Assembly (NCBI GenBank): GCA_963742735.1
Contig: CAVUMN010000001.1
Span: forward strand, 96,001-160,000
Direction: 5' to 3'
Length of the DNA stretch: 64,000 nucleotides
Source of the DNA: an uncultured Actinomycetes bacterium
GTDB lineage: Bacteria; Actinomycetota; UBA4738; JBBDTT01
In this document: piece by piece, positions 32,960 through 42,964 of the stretch
How the letters are laid out: each line of letters starts with the position of its first letter
Position numbering within the stretch: position 1 is the stretch's first letter
Notes under the pieces: generated by a model
What the model was told of the DNA's origin: nothing
Database searches by the model: none
The model's input: the letters and a program-made list of their open reading frames with translations, nothing else
Made by a program: the position numbers and the translations under genes

Positions 32960-33847
32960 ATGGGAAGTGCGTTCGTCATCACCCTCCGCGAGGGTCTGGA
33001 GATCGCCCTCGTCCTCGCCATCCTCCTCGCCTACCTGAACAAGATCGACCGCCGGAGCGACCACCGCAAGGTCTGGCTCGGCGCCGGGGCCGCGATGGCC
33101 ATCAGTGTGATCGCGGGCGCCGTGATCTTCATCGTGGCCCAAGGACTCTCCCACCGCGCGGCGGAGGCCTTCGAGGGCGTCGCCTCCCTCGTGGCGGTCG
33201 GCTTCGTCACCTGGATGATCTTCTGGATGCGCCGCCATGCCCCGACGATCAAGGGCGAGCTCCAGGGCCGCGTCGACGCCGCGCTGTTCTCCGGCTCGGC
33301 CATCGCCCTGCCCCTGATCGCCTTCTTCGTCGTGGTCCGCGAGGGTCTCGAGACGGCCCTGTTCCTGTTCAGCGCGTTCCGGGCCGGCGAGGTGGATCCG
33401 ATCGTGCGCACCGCCGGTGCGGTCCTCGGGATGGTCGTCGCCGCGGTCCTCGGCTACGCGTTCTATCGCGGGGGCATCAAGCTCAACCTGCGCACGTTCT
33501 TCCGGGTCACCGGCGTGCTCCTGATCCTCATCGCCGCCAGCCTGATCAGGTACGGCTTCCACGAGCTCTACGAGGCCGGGGCCTTCGAGTTCCTGGCCGG
33601 GACGTTCCTCCTGGAGAAGGTGCCCGTGATCGGGATCATCTCGAACCTGCCCTCCAAGGTGCTCGTCGGGCTGAACGGCAACCCGAACTGGCTCGAGTTC
33701 GCCGGATGGCTCGGGTACGTCGCGGTGGTCGGGACCCTGTTCCTGCGCTCCGGCAAGGCCGCGGGACGGGCCACGGAGGCTCCGGCGGAGGCGCCTGCGG
33801 CGGCTTCCGAGGCCCAGCTGGTTGCCCAAGAGGAGACCCGCGGGTAA
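32960..33847 (+). CDS. FTR1/EfeU-family iron permease
   Basis: Two REGLE motifs, WMIFWM, FFRVTG; about 7 TM segments. Confidence 0.9.
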   Translation: MGSAFVITLREGLEIALVLAILLAYLNKIDRRSDHRKVWLGAGAAMAISVIAGAVIFIVAQGLSHRAAEAFEGVASLVAVGFVTWMIFWMRRHAPTIKGELQGRVDAALFSGSAIALPLIAFFVVVREGLETALFLFSAFRAGEVDPIVRTAGAVLGMVVAAVLGYAFYRGGIKLNLRTFFRVTGVLLILIAASLIRYGFHELYEAGAFEFLAGTFLLEKVPVIGIISNLPSKVLVGLNGNPNWLEFAGWLGYVAVVGTLFLRSGKAAGRATEAPAEAPAAASEAQLVAQEETRG

Positions 33848-33873
33848 CATTCCCTCCCACACCACATATCCGA

Positions 33874-33966
33874 GGAGCGACGGCGCTTCGCCCGCGGGCG
33901 GGGCGTTTTGCTATCTCGGAGCGAATATCTGATCGGCAACGAGGCCGGGCGACCGCCCGGCCTTTT
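33874..33966 (+). promoter_or_regulatory. Putative ANTAR-type attenuator: two hexaloop hairpins, each overlapping a terminator stem
   Basis: GGAGC-GACGGC-GCTTC (33874-33889) and TCGGC-AACGAG-GCCGG (33933-33948); competing stems at 33884-33905+TTTT and 33942-33963+TTT. Confidence 0.65.
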
Positions 33967-33983
33967 CGCGTCCAGGAGGCAAC

Positions 33984-36900
33984 GTGACGTTCGCGTACCA
34001 GCGAGACGAACGAGACGCGTGCGGCATCGGCTTCGTGGCCGACGCCGAGGGCCGGTCCTCGCGCGCGATCGTCCGGGCGGGCATCGACGCGCTGACCCGC
34101 GTGCGGCACCGCGGCGCGCTGGCCTCCGACGCGAAGACCGGGGACGGAGCCGGCCTCCTCCTCCCGCTGCCGCCGAAGCTGCTCGCGGCGTGGGTCGGCG
34201 CCGAGCGCGACGACCGGCTGGGCCTGGCCATGGCGTTCCTCGATGCGTCCGAACCGGGGCCGGGCCGGGCGGCCATCCAGGCCGCCCTGGAGGCGGAGGG
34301 AATCGAGGTCCTGGGCTGGCGCGACGTTCCGGTCGACCTGGACGCCCTCGGCGATCAGGCCCGAGGGTCCATGCCGGCCATCGTCCAGGCGGTCCTGCGG
34401 TCCCCGACCTCGGATCTCGAGGACGCCGAGCGGCGGGCGTTCCGGGCCCGCAAGCGAGCCGAGGCCGCCGCCCCCGAGGGCCGGTTCTACCTCCCCTCGC
34501 TGTCGTTCCGGAGCGTCACCTACAAGGCCCTGTGCGCGGCCGACCAGCTCGCGGCGTTCTATCTGGACCTCCAGGACGAGCGTTTCGAGGCGCCGTTCGC
34601 GATGTTCCACCAGCGGTACTCGACGAACACCACGCCCACGTGGGAGCGGGCCCAGCCGTTCCGCCTGCTCTGCCACAACGGGGAGATCAACACCATCCAG
34701 GGCAACGTGAACCTGATGGGAGCGCGCGAAGGGCGCCTGGGGGCGGGCGACCTGGCCCCCGAGGACCTCCTGCGGCCGGTCATCGACGAGGCGGGATCCG
34801 ACTCGGCGATGCTCGACAACCTGGTCGAGCTCCTGATCCGCGGAGGGCGCGACGCGCGCCACGCCCTGGCGATGGCCGTCCCCGAGGCCTGGGAGGGCAT
34901 GCCCGGCCTCACTGACGACGTCCGGGCGTTCTATCGCTATCACGCCGCGCTGATCGAGCCGTGGGACGGGCCGGCCGGCCTGGTGTTCACCGACGGGATC
35001 GGGATCGGCGCCACGCTCGACCGCAACGGCCTCCGGCCCCTTCGGTACGCGATCTGCGACGACGGCCTGGTGGCCTGCGCGTCCGAGGCCGGAGCCGTGG
35101 ACGTGTCCGGCCACGGAACCGTCCGCCGGGGCAAGCTCGGGCCCGGCCAGATGCTGTGGGTCGCCCCGGGCGAGGGCGTCTTCGAGAACCCCGAGATCAA
35201 GCGGGGCCTCGCCGCCCGGCGGCCGTACGCCGAGTGGAACGAAGCGCACCTCCGGCCGGCGTCCACCGGCGAGCCCGTGGAACGGCCCTCGGACCACCTC
35301 GTGGAGCGCCAGGTCGCCCACGGCTACACGAAGGAAGAGATCACCGTCGTCGTCCGCCCGATGGCGATCGACGGCAAGGAGACCACCTCCTCGATGGGCG
35401 ACGACACGCAGCAGGCGGTACTGGCCGAGCGAGCGCGGCCGGTCCCCCACTACCTGCGTCAGCGGTTCGCCCAAGTCACCAACCCGCCGATCGACCACCT
35501 CCGTGAGCGGCTGGTCATGTCCGTGAGCGTTCGCGTGGGCCCCCGGCACCCGCTGCTCTCCGAGGCGCCCGAGGCGGCCGGCCTGATCGAGCTCCCCTCG
35601 TTCCTCCTGACCCCGGAAGGCCTCGAGCGCCTGGCCGCAGAGGCGCCGTGGCCGGCCGTCACCCTGGACGCCACGTTCCCGGTCTCCGAGGGTCCCGCGG
35701 GCCTTCGGGCGGCGGTGGACCGGATCGGGGAGGAGGCCGAGCGCGCCGTTCGCGACGGCGCGGGGATCGTGGTGGTCTCGGACTGGGACGTGAGCCCGGA
35801 ACGCGCGCCGGTCCCCTCGGTCCTGGCCGTGGGCGCGGTCCATCACCGGCTGGTTCGCGCCGGGCTGCGGACGCTGGCCTCGATCGTCGCGGCCACCGAC
35901 GAGCCCCACGACGTCCATGCGGTCGCCTGCCTGGTGGCCTACGGCGCCGAGGTCGTCTGTCCCCGGCTCGTCCTGGAGACCATCGCGGACCTGTGCCTGG
36001 AGGGCCGCATCGGTGGCGACAACCCACCGGCCGCGGAGGCCCAGGGGCGGTTCCGGGAGGCGGTCGAGGACGGGGTGCTGAAGGTCATGTCGAAGATGGG
36101 CATCTCCACCGTCGAGTCCTACCGGAGCGCGCAGATCTTCGAGGCGGTGGGGCTGGGGCCGGAGGTCATCGACGTGTGCCTGACGGGAACCCCCTCGCCG
36201 CTGGGCGGGGTGGGGTTCCCGGAGATCGGCGCCGACGTCCTGGAGCGGCACGCGGCGGGATTCGCCGCGGCCGCCGCCCTGACCAACCCCGGGTTCATCA
36301 AGCATCGGGCGGGCGGCGAGTACCACATGAACAACCCCGACGTCGTCCAGTCCCTGCACGACACGCTGGGCGTCGACGACGTGGCCGCCGCGCGGACCGA
36401 GGAGGGCCACGAGGTCCCCGAGATCGCCCACAGCCTGCAGCGCGCGGTCCGGACCGAGGACTGGAACGCATACGAGACGTTCGCCGCGCTGGTCAACGAT
36501 CGTCCTCCGTCGGAGCCGCGCGACCTCCTCGAGCTGTCCCCCGCGTCGGGACCCGTGCCCGTGGACGAGGTCGAGCCCATCGAGGCGATCACCCGCCGGT
36601 TCTCCACCGGGGCGATGTCCCACGGCGCGCTGTCGGCCGAGGCGCACGAGACCCTGTCGATCGCCCTGAACATGATCGGCGGACGGGCGAACACCGGCGA
36701 GGGCGGCGAGGACCGCTCCCGCTACCGCGACCACCGCAACTCCGCGATCAAGCAGGTCGCCAGCGGGCGATTCGGGGTGACGCCGGAGTACCTGGCCCAC
36801 GCCGCCGAGCTCCAGATCAAGATGGCCCAGGGGTCCAAGCCCGGCGAGGGCGGCCAGCTCCCCGGGAACAAGGTCACCCACGAGATCGCCACCCTGCGGC

Positions 36901-38444
36901 ACACGACTCCCGGGGTCGCCCTGATCTCCCCGCCGCCCCATCACGACATCTACTCGATCGAGGACCTGGCTCAGCTGATCTACGACCTGAAGCAGGCCAA
37001 CCCCTCGGCGGACGTCTCCGTGAAGCTGGTGGCCACCGACGGCGTTGGAACGATCGCCGCGGGTGTGGCGAAGGGACTCGCGGAGATCGTGCACATCGCT
37101 GGAGCCGACGGCGGGACCGGCGCGAGCCCGCTGTCCTCGATCAAGCACGCCGGCCTCCCGTGGGAGGTCGGCCTGGCCGAGACGCAACAGATGCTGGTCG
37201 ACAACGGCCTGCGGGCCCGCATCCGGGTGCGCGTGGACGGCGGGTTCAAGACCGGCCGCGACGTGGTCGTGGCCGCGCTGCTCGGCGCCGACGAGTACTC
37301 GTTCGGGACCGCGGCCCTACTGGCGGAGGGCTGCATCATGGTCCGGACCTGCCACCGGGACACTTGCCCGGTGGGCATCGCCAGCCAGCGGCCCGAGCTC
37401 CGGGCCAAGTTCAACGGCACCCCCGAGATGGTCGCCAACTACCTTCGCTTCGTCGCCGAGGAGACCCGGCGCATCCTGGCCTCGCTCGGTCTTCGATCGC
37501 TGGACGAGGCCGTGGGCCGGGTCGAGCTGCTCCGGCCTCGCGTCACCGGCAACCCGCGGGCCGACGGGCTCGACCTCCGGAGGCTCCTGGCCGACCCCGG
37601 CGAGGGTCCGCGGCGATTCGAGGCGCCCGTAGCCCTCCAGAAGATCCGATCGGACCTGGGAGACCGCGTCGCGGCGGAGGCCGTCCCCGCGCTGCGCGAG
37701 GGACAGGTCCTGGGACTCTCCTACGCCATCACGAACGGCGACCGGTCGGTCGGGGCGCGGCTGGGCACCGACCTGGCCCGCGAGTTCGGCGACCGGCGGG
37801 CCCCCGGCCGGGTCCGGGTGTCGTTCGACGGGCAGGCCGGGCAGAGCTTCGGGGCGTTCCTCGCCGACGGGGTCGAGTTCCACCTGACCGGGGAAGCCAA
37901 CGACTACGTCGGCAAGGGGATGGCCGGCGGCCGCATCGTGATCGAGCCGCCCCCCGGCGACGCCGGCGATCCCCACCTGGTCGGCAACACCGTGCTCTAC
38001 GGGGCCACCGGAGGACAGCTGTTCTGCGCCGGCCGGGCCGGGGAGCGCTTCGGCGTCCGCAACTCCGGCGCGGTCGCGGTGATCGAGGGCGTGGGCGACC
38101 ACGCGTGCGAGTACATGACCGGAGGCGCCGTGGTCGTGCTCGGCCCGGTGGGTCACAACCTCGGGGCCGGGATGACGGGAGGCGAGGTCTACGTCTACGA
38201 CCCCAGCGACACCATCGTGGGTCGGCTGAACCCACAGCTCGTGGAGGCCCGCCGCCCCACCCAGGCCCAGATCCCGTCGCTGCACCGGCTGGTCGAGCGC
38301 CACGAGCACCTGACGGGATCCGCACGCGCCGGGGCTCTGCTCGCGGACTGGGAGAACGAGTCCCCCCGGTTCTGGCGCGTCGTCACCAAGTCCGAGGTGG
38401 CGATGCTCGAGGCGGCCTTCGAGGGGACCCTCGCGCGGGCCTGA
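33984..38444 (+). CDS. gltB: Glutamate synthase large subunit
   Basis: ACGIGF N-terminus, HQRYSTNT, HNGEINT, EPWDGPA, IKMAQGSKPGEGGQLPG, CIMVRTCHRDTCP, GXGXG domain; AGGAGG RBS. Confidence 0.96.
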   Translation: MTFAYQRDERDACGIGFVADAEGRSSRAIVRAGIDALTRVRHRGALASDAKTGDGAGLLLPLPPKLLAAWVGAERDDRLGLAMAFLDASEPGPGRAAIQAALEAEGIEVLGWRDVPVDLDALGDQARGSMPAIVQAVLRSPTSDLEDAERRAFRARKRAEAAAPEGRFYLPSLSFRSVTYKALCAADQLAAFYLDLQDERFEAPFAMFHQRYSTNTTPTWERAQPFRLLCHNGEINTIQGNVNLMGAREGRLGAGDLAPEDLLRPVIDEAGSDSAMLDNLVELLIRGGRDARHALAMAVPEAWEGMPGLTDDVRAFYRYHAALIEPWDGPAGLVFTDGIGIGATLDRNGLRPLRYAICDDGLVACASEAGAVDVSGHGTVRRGKLGPGQMLWVAPGEGVFENPEIKRGLAARRPYAEWNEAHLRPASTGEPVERPSDHLVERQVAHGYTKEEITVVVRPMAIDGKETTSSMGDDTQQAVLAERARPVPHYLRQRFAQVTNPPIDHLRERLVMSVSVRVGPRHPLLSEAPEAAGLIELPSFLLTPEGLERLAAEAPWPAVTLDATFPVSEGPAGLRAAVDRIGEEAERAVRDGAGIVVVSDWDVSPERAPVPSVLAVGAVHHRLVRAGLRTLASIVAATDEPHDVHAVACLVAYGAEVVCPRLVLETIADLCLEGRIGGDNPPAAEAQGRFREAVEDGVLKVMSKMGISTVESYRSAQIFEAVGLGPEVIDVCLTGTPSPLGGVGFPEIGADVLERHAAGFAAAAALTNPGFIKHRAGGEYHMNNPDVVQSLHDTLGVDDVAAARTEEGHEVPEIAHSLQRAVRTEDWNAYETFAALVNDRPPSEPRDLLELSPASGPVPVDEVEPIEAITRRFSTGAMSHGALSAEAHETLSIALNMIGGRANTGEGGEDRSRYRDHRNSAIKQVASGRFGVTPEYLAHAAELQIKMAQGSKPGEGGQLPGNKVTHEIATLRHTTPGVALISPPPHHDIYSIEDLAQLIYDLKQANPSADVSVKLVATDGVGTIAAGVAKGLAEIVHIAGADGGTGASPLSSIKHAGLPWEVGLAETQQMLVDNGLRARIRVRVDGGFKTGRDVVVAALLGADEYSFGTAALLAEGCIMVRTCHRDTCPVGIASQRPELRAKFNGTPEMVANYLRFVAEETRRILASLGLRSLDEAVGRVELLRPRVTGNPRADGLDLRRLLADPGEGPRRFEAPVALQKIRSDLGDRVAAEAVPALREGQVLGLSYAITNGDRSVGARLGTDLAREFGDRRAPGRVRVSFDGQAGQSFGAFLADGVEFHLTGEANDYVGKGMAGGRIVIEPPPGDAGDPHLVGNTVLYGATGGQLFCAGRAGERFGVRNSGAVAVIEGVGDHACEYMTGGAVVVLGPVGHNLGAGMTGGEVYVYDPSDTIVGRLNPQLVEARRPTQAQIPSLHRLVERHEHLTGSARAGALLADWENESPRFWRVVTKSEVAMLEAAFEGTLARA

Positions 38445-38466
38445 GACCCGCTAGGATTCGCCCCTC

Positions 38467-38919
38467 ATGGCGACGGATCCGTCCGAGAACCCCCCGCCCG
38501 AGGGCGCGACGGCCGAGCAGATGCTCGCCCTGGCCAACGGCCTCCTCCCCGGGACCCTGATGGAACGGTTGGAGCTGGAGTTCCTCGAGGTGGGGACGCG
38601 CCGGCTGCGAGCGAGGATCCCCGTGAAGGGCAACACCCAGCCGTACGGATTGCTCCACGGCGGCGCCACGGCGGCGCTGTGCGAGACGATCGCTTCGTTC
38701 GGCACGGTATACGTGGCCGGTGTCGACAAGGTGGCGACCGGGGTGGAGCTCAACGTGAACCACATCCGCGCGGTTCGCGAGGGCTTCATCACGGCGACCG
38801 CCGTGCCGCTGCACGTGGGGCGAACCACGGCGGTCTGGGACATGAAAGTTCACGACGATGACGGCCGTCTGGTGGCCGCGAGTCGCCTCACCCTCGCCAT
38901 CCGCGACTCGAAGGCGTAG
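38467..38919 (+). CDS. PaaI/MenI-like hotdog thioesterase
   Basis: NTQPYGLLHGGA..ET, GVELNVNH, LHVGRTT. Confidence 0.85.
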   Translation: MATDPSENPPPEGATAEQMLALANGLLPGTLMERLELEFLEVGTRRLRARIPVKGNTQPYGLLHGGATAALCETIASFGTVYVAGVDKVATGVELNVNHIRAVREGFITATAVPLHVGRTTAVWDMKVHDDDGRLVAASRLTLAIRDSKA

Positions 38920-39068
38920 TCGCGCACCCGTCTGACCTGCGGCGATGCGGATCGCGATCGTCAGTCAAAAGTTCCTTGTCACTCTGACGACATTTTTCGG
39001 GCTACGCATACCGCGAACTACCTGCGCGTATGCGCGAGAACCCTTGGGGCGCAACGGTTTCCAGCCGG

Positions 39069-39098
39069 TTGACTCGGGCGCCGCGCGCTTGCTACCTT
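39069..39098 (+). promoter_or_regulatory. SigA-type promoter of the putative ncRNA
   Basis: TTGACT-18 nt-TACCTT with an extended -10 TGn; predicted +1 falls at the first base of the RNA stem. Confidence 0.65.
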
Positions 39099-39103
39099 TC
39101 GCC

Positions 39104-39255
39104 CGGTCCCAAGCGGTCGCAGGGACGCGACGGGAGCCAGGAGGCCACGGGGGCCTGCCTCGGAGGGAACCGAAGGACCTCGGTCCGGAGGAACCCACCA
39201 GGGCGGCACTCGGAGCCACCGGGTTCCCGGAGGGCACCCGGGTCGCTTGGGACCG
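39104..39255 (+). ncRNA. Putative structured small RNA (long irregular rod; 6S/Ms1-like candidate)
   Basis: 15-bp closing stem CGGTCCCAAGCGGTC/GGTCGCTTGGGACCG, nested stems, own promoter, no credible ORF. Confidence 0.6.
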
Positions 39256-39261
39256 ACCTTT

Positions 39262-39345
39262 GAACGGGTCCGAGAAGCCGAGTAGATAACGCTCGCGTAT
39301 GGGGAAGGCGTGAGCGGCTCCAAAGGCTTCTCGGGCCCGTTCTTT
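39262..39345 (+). terminator. Large compound hairpin followed by TTT
   Basis: 18-bp arms 39262-39279 and 39325-39342 (one G.U pair) enclosing an inner stem CGCTCGCGT/GCGTGAGCG. Confidence 0.55.
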
Positions 39346-39402
39346 GGCATTCGCGGGCCCTCCGCCCGGCCTGCATCCGCACATACCCGGTAGGGTTCTC
39401 GC

Positions 39403-39885
39403 ATGGCACAGGAACCGAACCCTTCGTCCGACGCGCCGCAAGAGCCGCAGGCGATGATGCTCGACCCGCAGAAGCTGTTGCGCATCGCCGGCGTCACCCG
39501 GGAGGTGCTGGAGGAGGCCCGGCGGATCCGCCCGGAGCCCGGCGCGATCGATCACCTCCGGCGGGTCCACGCCAAGATCAGCGACGAGCTGAAGGGCGCA
39601 CTCCCCCCGGACCTGTGGAAGGAGCTCGACGAGCTGACGCCCGACATCAGGGACGGCACCCTCGAGGAGCTGGCCCTGGCGCACTCGGAGATCCTCGGCT
39701 GGCTCGAGGGACTGTTCCAGGGCACCCACCTGGCCATCCAGGCCCAGGCGGCACAGGCGGCGCAGATGCTCCGCCAGCAGATGGCCGACGCCGAGCGGGG
39801 AGAGCTCGGAGACGGGGAGCGCTCGCCCTCCGGAAGCGAGTCGGGCGGCGAGACGACCCCCGGCGGGACCAGCCAGTACCTCTAG
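39403..39885 (+). CDS. bpa: Bacterial proteasome activator (Bpa/PafE)
   Basis: PQKLLRIA..EVLEE, LGWLEGLFQG, C-terminal QYL proteasome-docking motif; TAGGGT 6 nt upstream. Confidence 0.85.
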   Translation: MAQEPNPSSDAPQEPQAMMLDPQKLLRIAGVTREVLEEARRIRPEPGAIDHLRRVHAKISDELKGALPPDLWKELDELTPDIRDGTLEELALAHSEILGWLEGLFQGTHLAIQAQAAQAAQMLRQQMADAERGELGDGERSPSGSESGGETTPGGTSQYL

Positions 39886-40234
39886 CCCTCGATCACCAGC
39901 ACGCCCTGCATCTTCCGATCCCGGTGATACGAGCAGTAGAAGTCGTACAGGCCCTCCTCGGGAAGCACCGAGGAGATCGGATCGATGACCAGCTCCTCGC
40001 CGACGGGCAGGTCCCGGCGGTACTCCGTACCGATGATCGTGACGTTGTGCCTGTTCCGCCCCACGTTCCGGAAGATCAGCGCCCGGTCCGGGTCGATCGG
40101 CAACGAGGGGTGCGCATCGTGGAAGTGGTAGTCGATGGCCGAGACGACATACGGGCCGGCGGACGACCCAGCCGGCCCCCCGTCGCCGCATGCGACGAGA
40201 CTCACCACCACCAGGCCGAGCACCAGAGCGCGTC

Positions 40235-40238
<4 letters not shown>
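39882..40238 (-). CDS. Cupredoxin-domain lipoprotein
   Basis: Lipobox LVAC; HNVT and [13 protein letters not shown] provide H/C/H/M ligands. Confidence 0.75.
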
Positions 40239-40977
<739 letters not shown>

Positions 40978-40981
<4 letters not shown>

Positions 40982-42039
40982 CCGGCCACCCCGACCAGGC
41001 CGCTCCGCAGGCGCTCCTCCACGCGGTTGACGAAATAGATCAACGGCAGCGTCACCACCAGGTAGGCCACCGCGGCGGCGGTGAAGAACGTCGCGTTGAA
41101 GGTGGACGAGTACCCCTGGCGTGCAAACGCGAAGATTTCGAATTGCGCCTGGGTGAGGCCGATGATCCCGATCAGGGACGTGTCCTTGATGAGGATCACA
41201 AACTCGTTCATGAGCGGAGGGATCACCCGGCGGAAGGCCTGCGGCACCACGGCGTAGCGCATCGACTGGATGTACGTCATCCCGAGCGATCGAGCCGCCT
41301 CGAGCTGTCCGCGCTCGACCGACTGGATGCCGGCGCGGAACACTTCCGAGGAGTACGCGCCCATGTTCAGCGCGAAGATGAGGGCGCCGGCCGCCAGAGG
41401 TGAGACCGAGATCCCGAGCCCGAAGATGAGCGCGGTGTAGCCGGCGATCAGCTGGAACAGGAGCGGCGTTCCCCTGAAGAAATTGATATACACGCGGGCG
41501 GGTGCCCGGACCGACCTCCGCTTGGAGATCACGAGCAGCGCCAGCACGAGCCCGATGGCGATCCCGCCTGCCTCCCCCAGGACCGCGAGCAGGATGGTGT
41601 TCTTCGCGCCGCGGATGAACGCTCCCCCGTACCCTTCCAGCTTCTCGAAGCTGAAGAAGTGGAACGTGAAGCGCTCAACCGTCTCCGCCCGGAACCACAA
41701 GAAGGCTGCGCCGAGCAGCACCGTCTGGATTCCCAACACGGCTCCCGCGATGGAGCGCTCACGGCTTGGCTTCGTGGGCATGCGCCGGTACAGGGCGAAC
41801 CCGCCGCCCACGGCCAGGAGGCCGGCGACCATCGAGCCGATCGCCGTGGCGGCGGCGGTGTCGGTCCGGAGCGCGGTGACGATCGACGTGAACGGCGTCC
41901 AGCCGTAGAAGGTGATGATCGCCGCGGGGCCGACCAGGATCCCGGCGATGGACGCCGCACCGACGGCAAACACCATCAGGGCGAGCGCGTAGAGCCGGCG
42001 ATCGGACTTCGCCGGCTCCACCGGTGGCGATTCGGTCAC
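40978..42039 (-). CDS. Polar amino acid ABC permease with extra N-terminal TM segments
   Basis: [34 protein letters not shown]. Confidence 0.88.
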
Positions 42040-42043
42040 GGTC

Positions 42044-42907
42044 TCAGGCGGAGGCCTGGAACTCCTCGGGAACCTCCTGGCCCGGGAAGTACTCCGCGAA
42101 GATCTCCTCGTAGGTCCCGTCGGCGATGATCTCGGCAAGGGCGACGTTCGCCGCCTGGATCAGCTCGGGATTCTCCGGCGAGAACGCGAACGCGTACTTC
42201 TCGTTCGTGTCGTAGGTTTCGACGATGGCCAGGCTCGGACGCTCCGCGATGATGTCCGCCGTGGACTGCTCGTCGTTCACGACCGCGGTGACCTGACCGG
42301 CTTCCAGGTCGGTGAAAGCCGCGGGCGCACCCGGGAAGGTCTTGATCTCCACGCCCGTCGGGGCGTGTTCCTTGGCATAGGTCGCGCCGGTCGTCCCGGC
42401 CTGGACGCCGATGATGTCCCCCTCGACGAGATCGTCGATCGATGCCAGGTCCGGGGTCTCCTCCGTGTTGACGGTCATCGCCGTCCGGGAGTTGAAGTAG
42501 AAGTCCGAGAAGTCCACGACCTCGTCGCGCTCCTTGCCATCCGCCCCCGTGGCGGTGACCGCCGCAGCGACCATGTCGAACTGACTTCCGCCGGCGACGG
42601 CCGTGAAGATCGTCTCGAAGTTCGCCGTCACCCACTCGACCTCGAGGTCCAGGCGGCTGGCGACCTCCTCGGTCAGATCGACGTCGAAACCGACCTCGTC
42701 TCCGTCGACGACGGATTCGAACGGTGGGTAGTCGAGGCAGGACCCGACCTTCAGCACGCCCTCCTCGATCGTCGTGAACTCGGGGATCTCCGCCCCGGGC
42801 GGACTTGTGGTGCCCCCGGTTCCGGTCGGCGTGTCTTCCCCGCACGCCGCGCCGAGCAACGCGAACACGGCCAATATCGAGACCAGCGCCAAGCGTCTAC
42901 GCCTCAT
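42044..42907 (-). CDS. Polar amino acid ABC substrate-binding lipoprotein
   Basis: Lipobox GAAC, YPPFE, GFDVDL, VDFSDFY, GVQAGTTG. Confidence 0.9.
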   Translation of the reverse strand: MRRRRLALVSILAVFALLGAACGEDTPTGTGGTTSPPGAEIPEFTTIEEGVLKVGSCLDYPPFESVVDGDEVGFDVDLTEEVASRLDLEVEWVTANFETIFTAVAGGSQFDMVAAAVTATGADGKERDEVVDFSDFYFNSRTAMTVNTEETPDLASIDDLVEGDIIGVQAGTTGATYAKEHAPTGVEIKTFPGAPAAFTDLEAGQVTAVVNDEQSTADIIAERPSLAIVETYDTNEKYAFAFSPENPELIQAANVALAEIIADGTYEEIFAEYFPGQEVPEEFQASA

Positions 42908-42964
42908 TGTGATCTCCCTCCGTCGGAGTTCTGACCCGAATCCTCACCCAGCAAGGCGTGCGGT

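Noticed and set aside
33844-33860. GTAAC as a GlnR half-site upstream of gltB
   Set aside because: It overlaps the FTR1 stop codon and has no convincing second half-site.
38945-39060. Short inverted repeats (CGTCAG/CTGACG, CGCATAC/GTATGCG) and small ORFs upstream of the ncRNA promoter
   Set aside because: Arms are short, and the ORFs lack an RBS and coding-like composition; not distinguishable from chance without comparative data.
39175-39200. GGTCCGGAGGAA resembling the SRP RNA domain IV
   Set aside because: Lacks the CAGG...GGAA...AGCAG symmetric loop needed for an SRP call.
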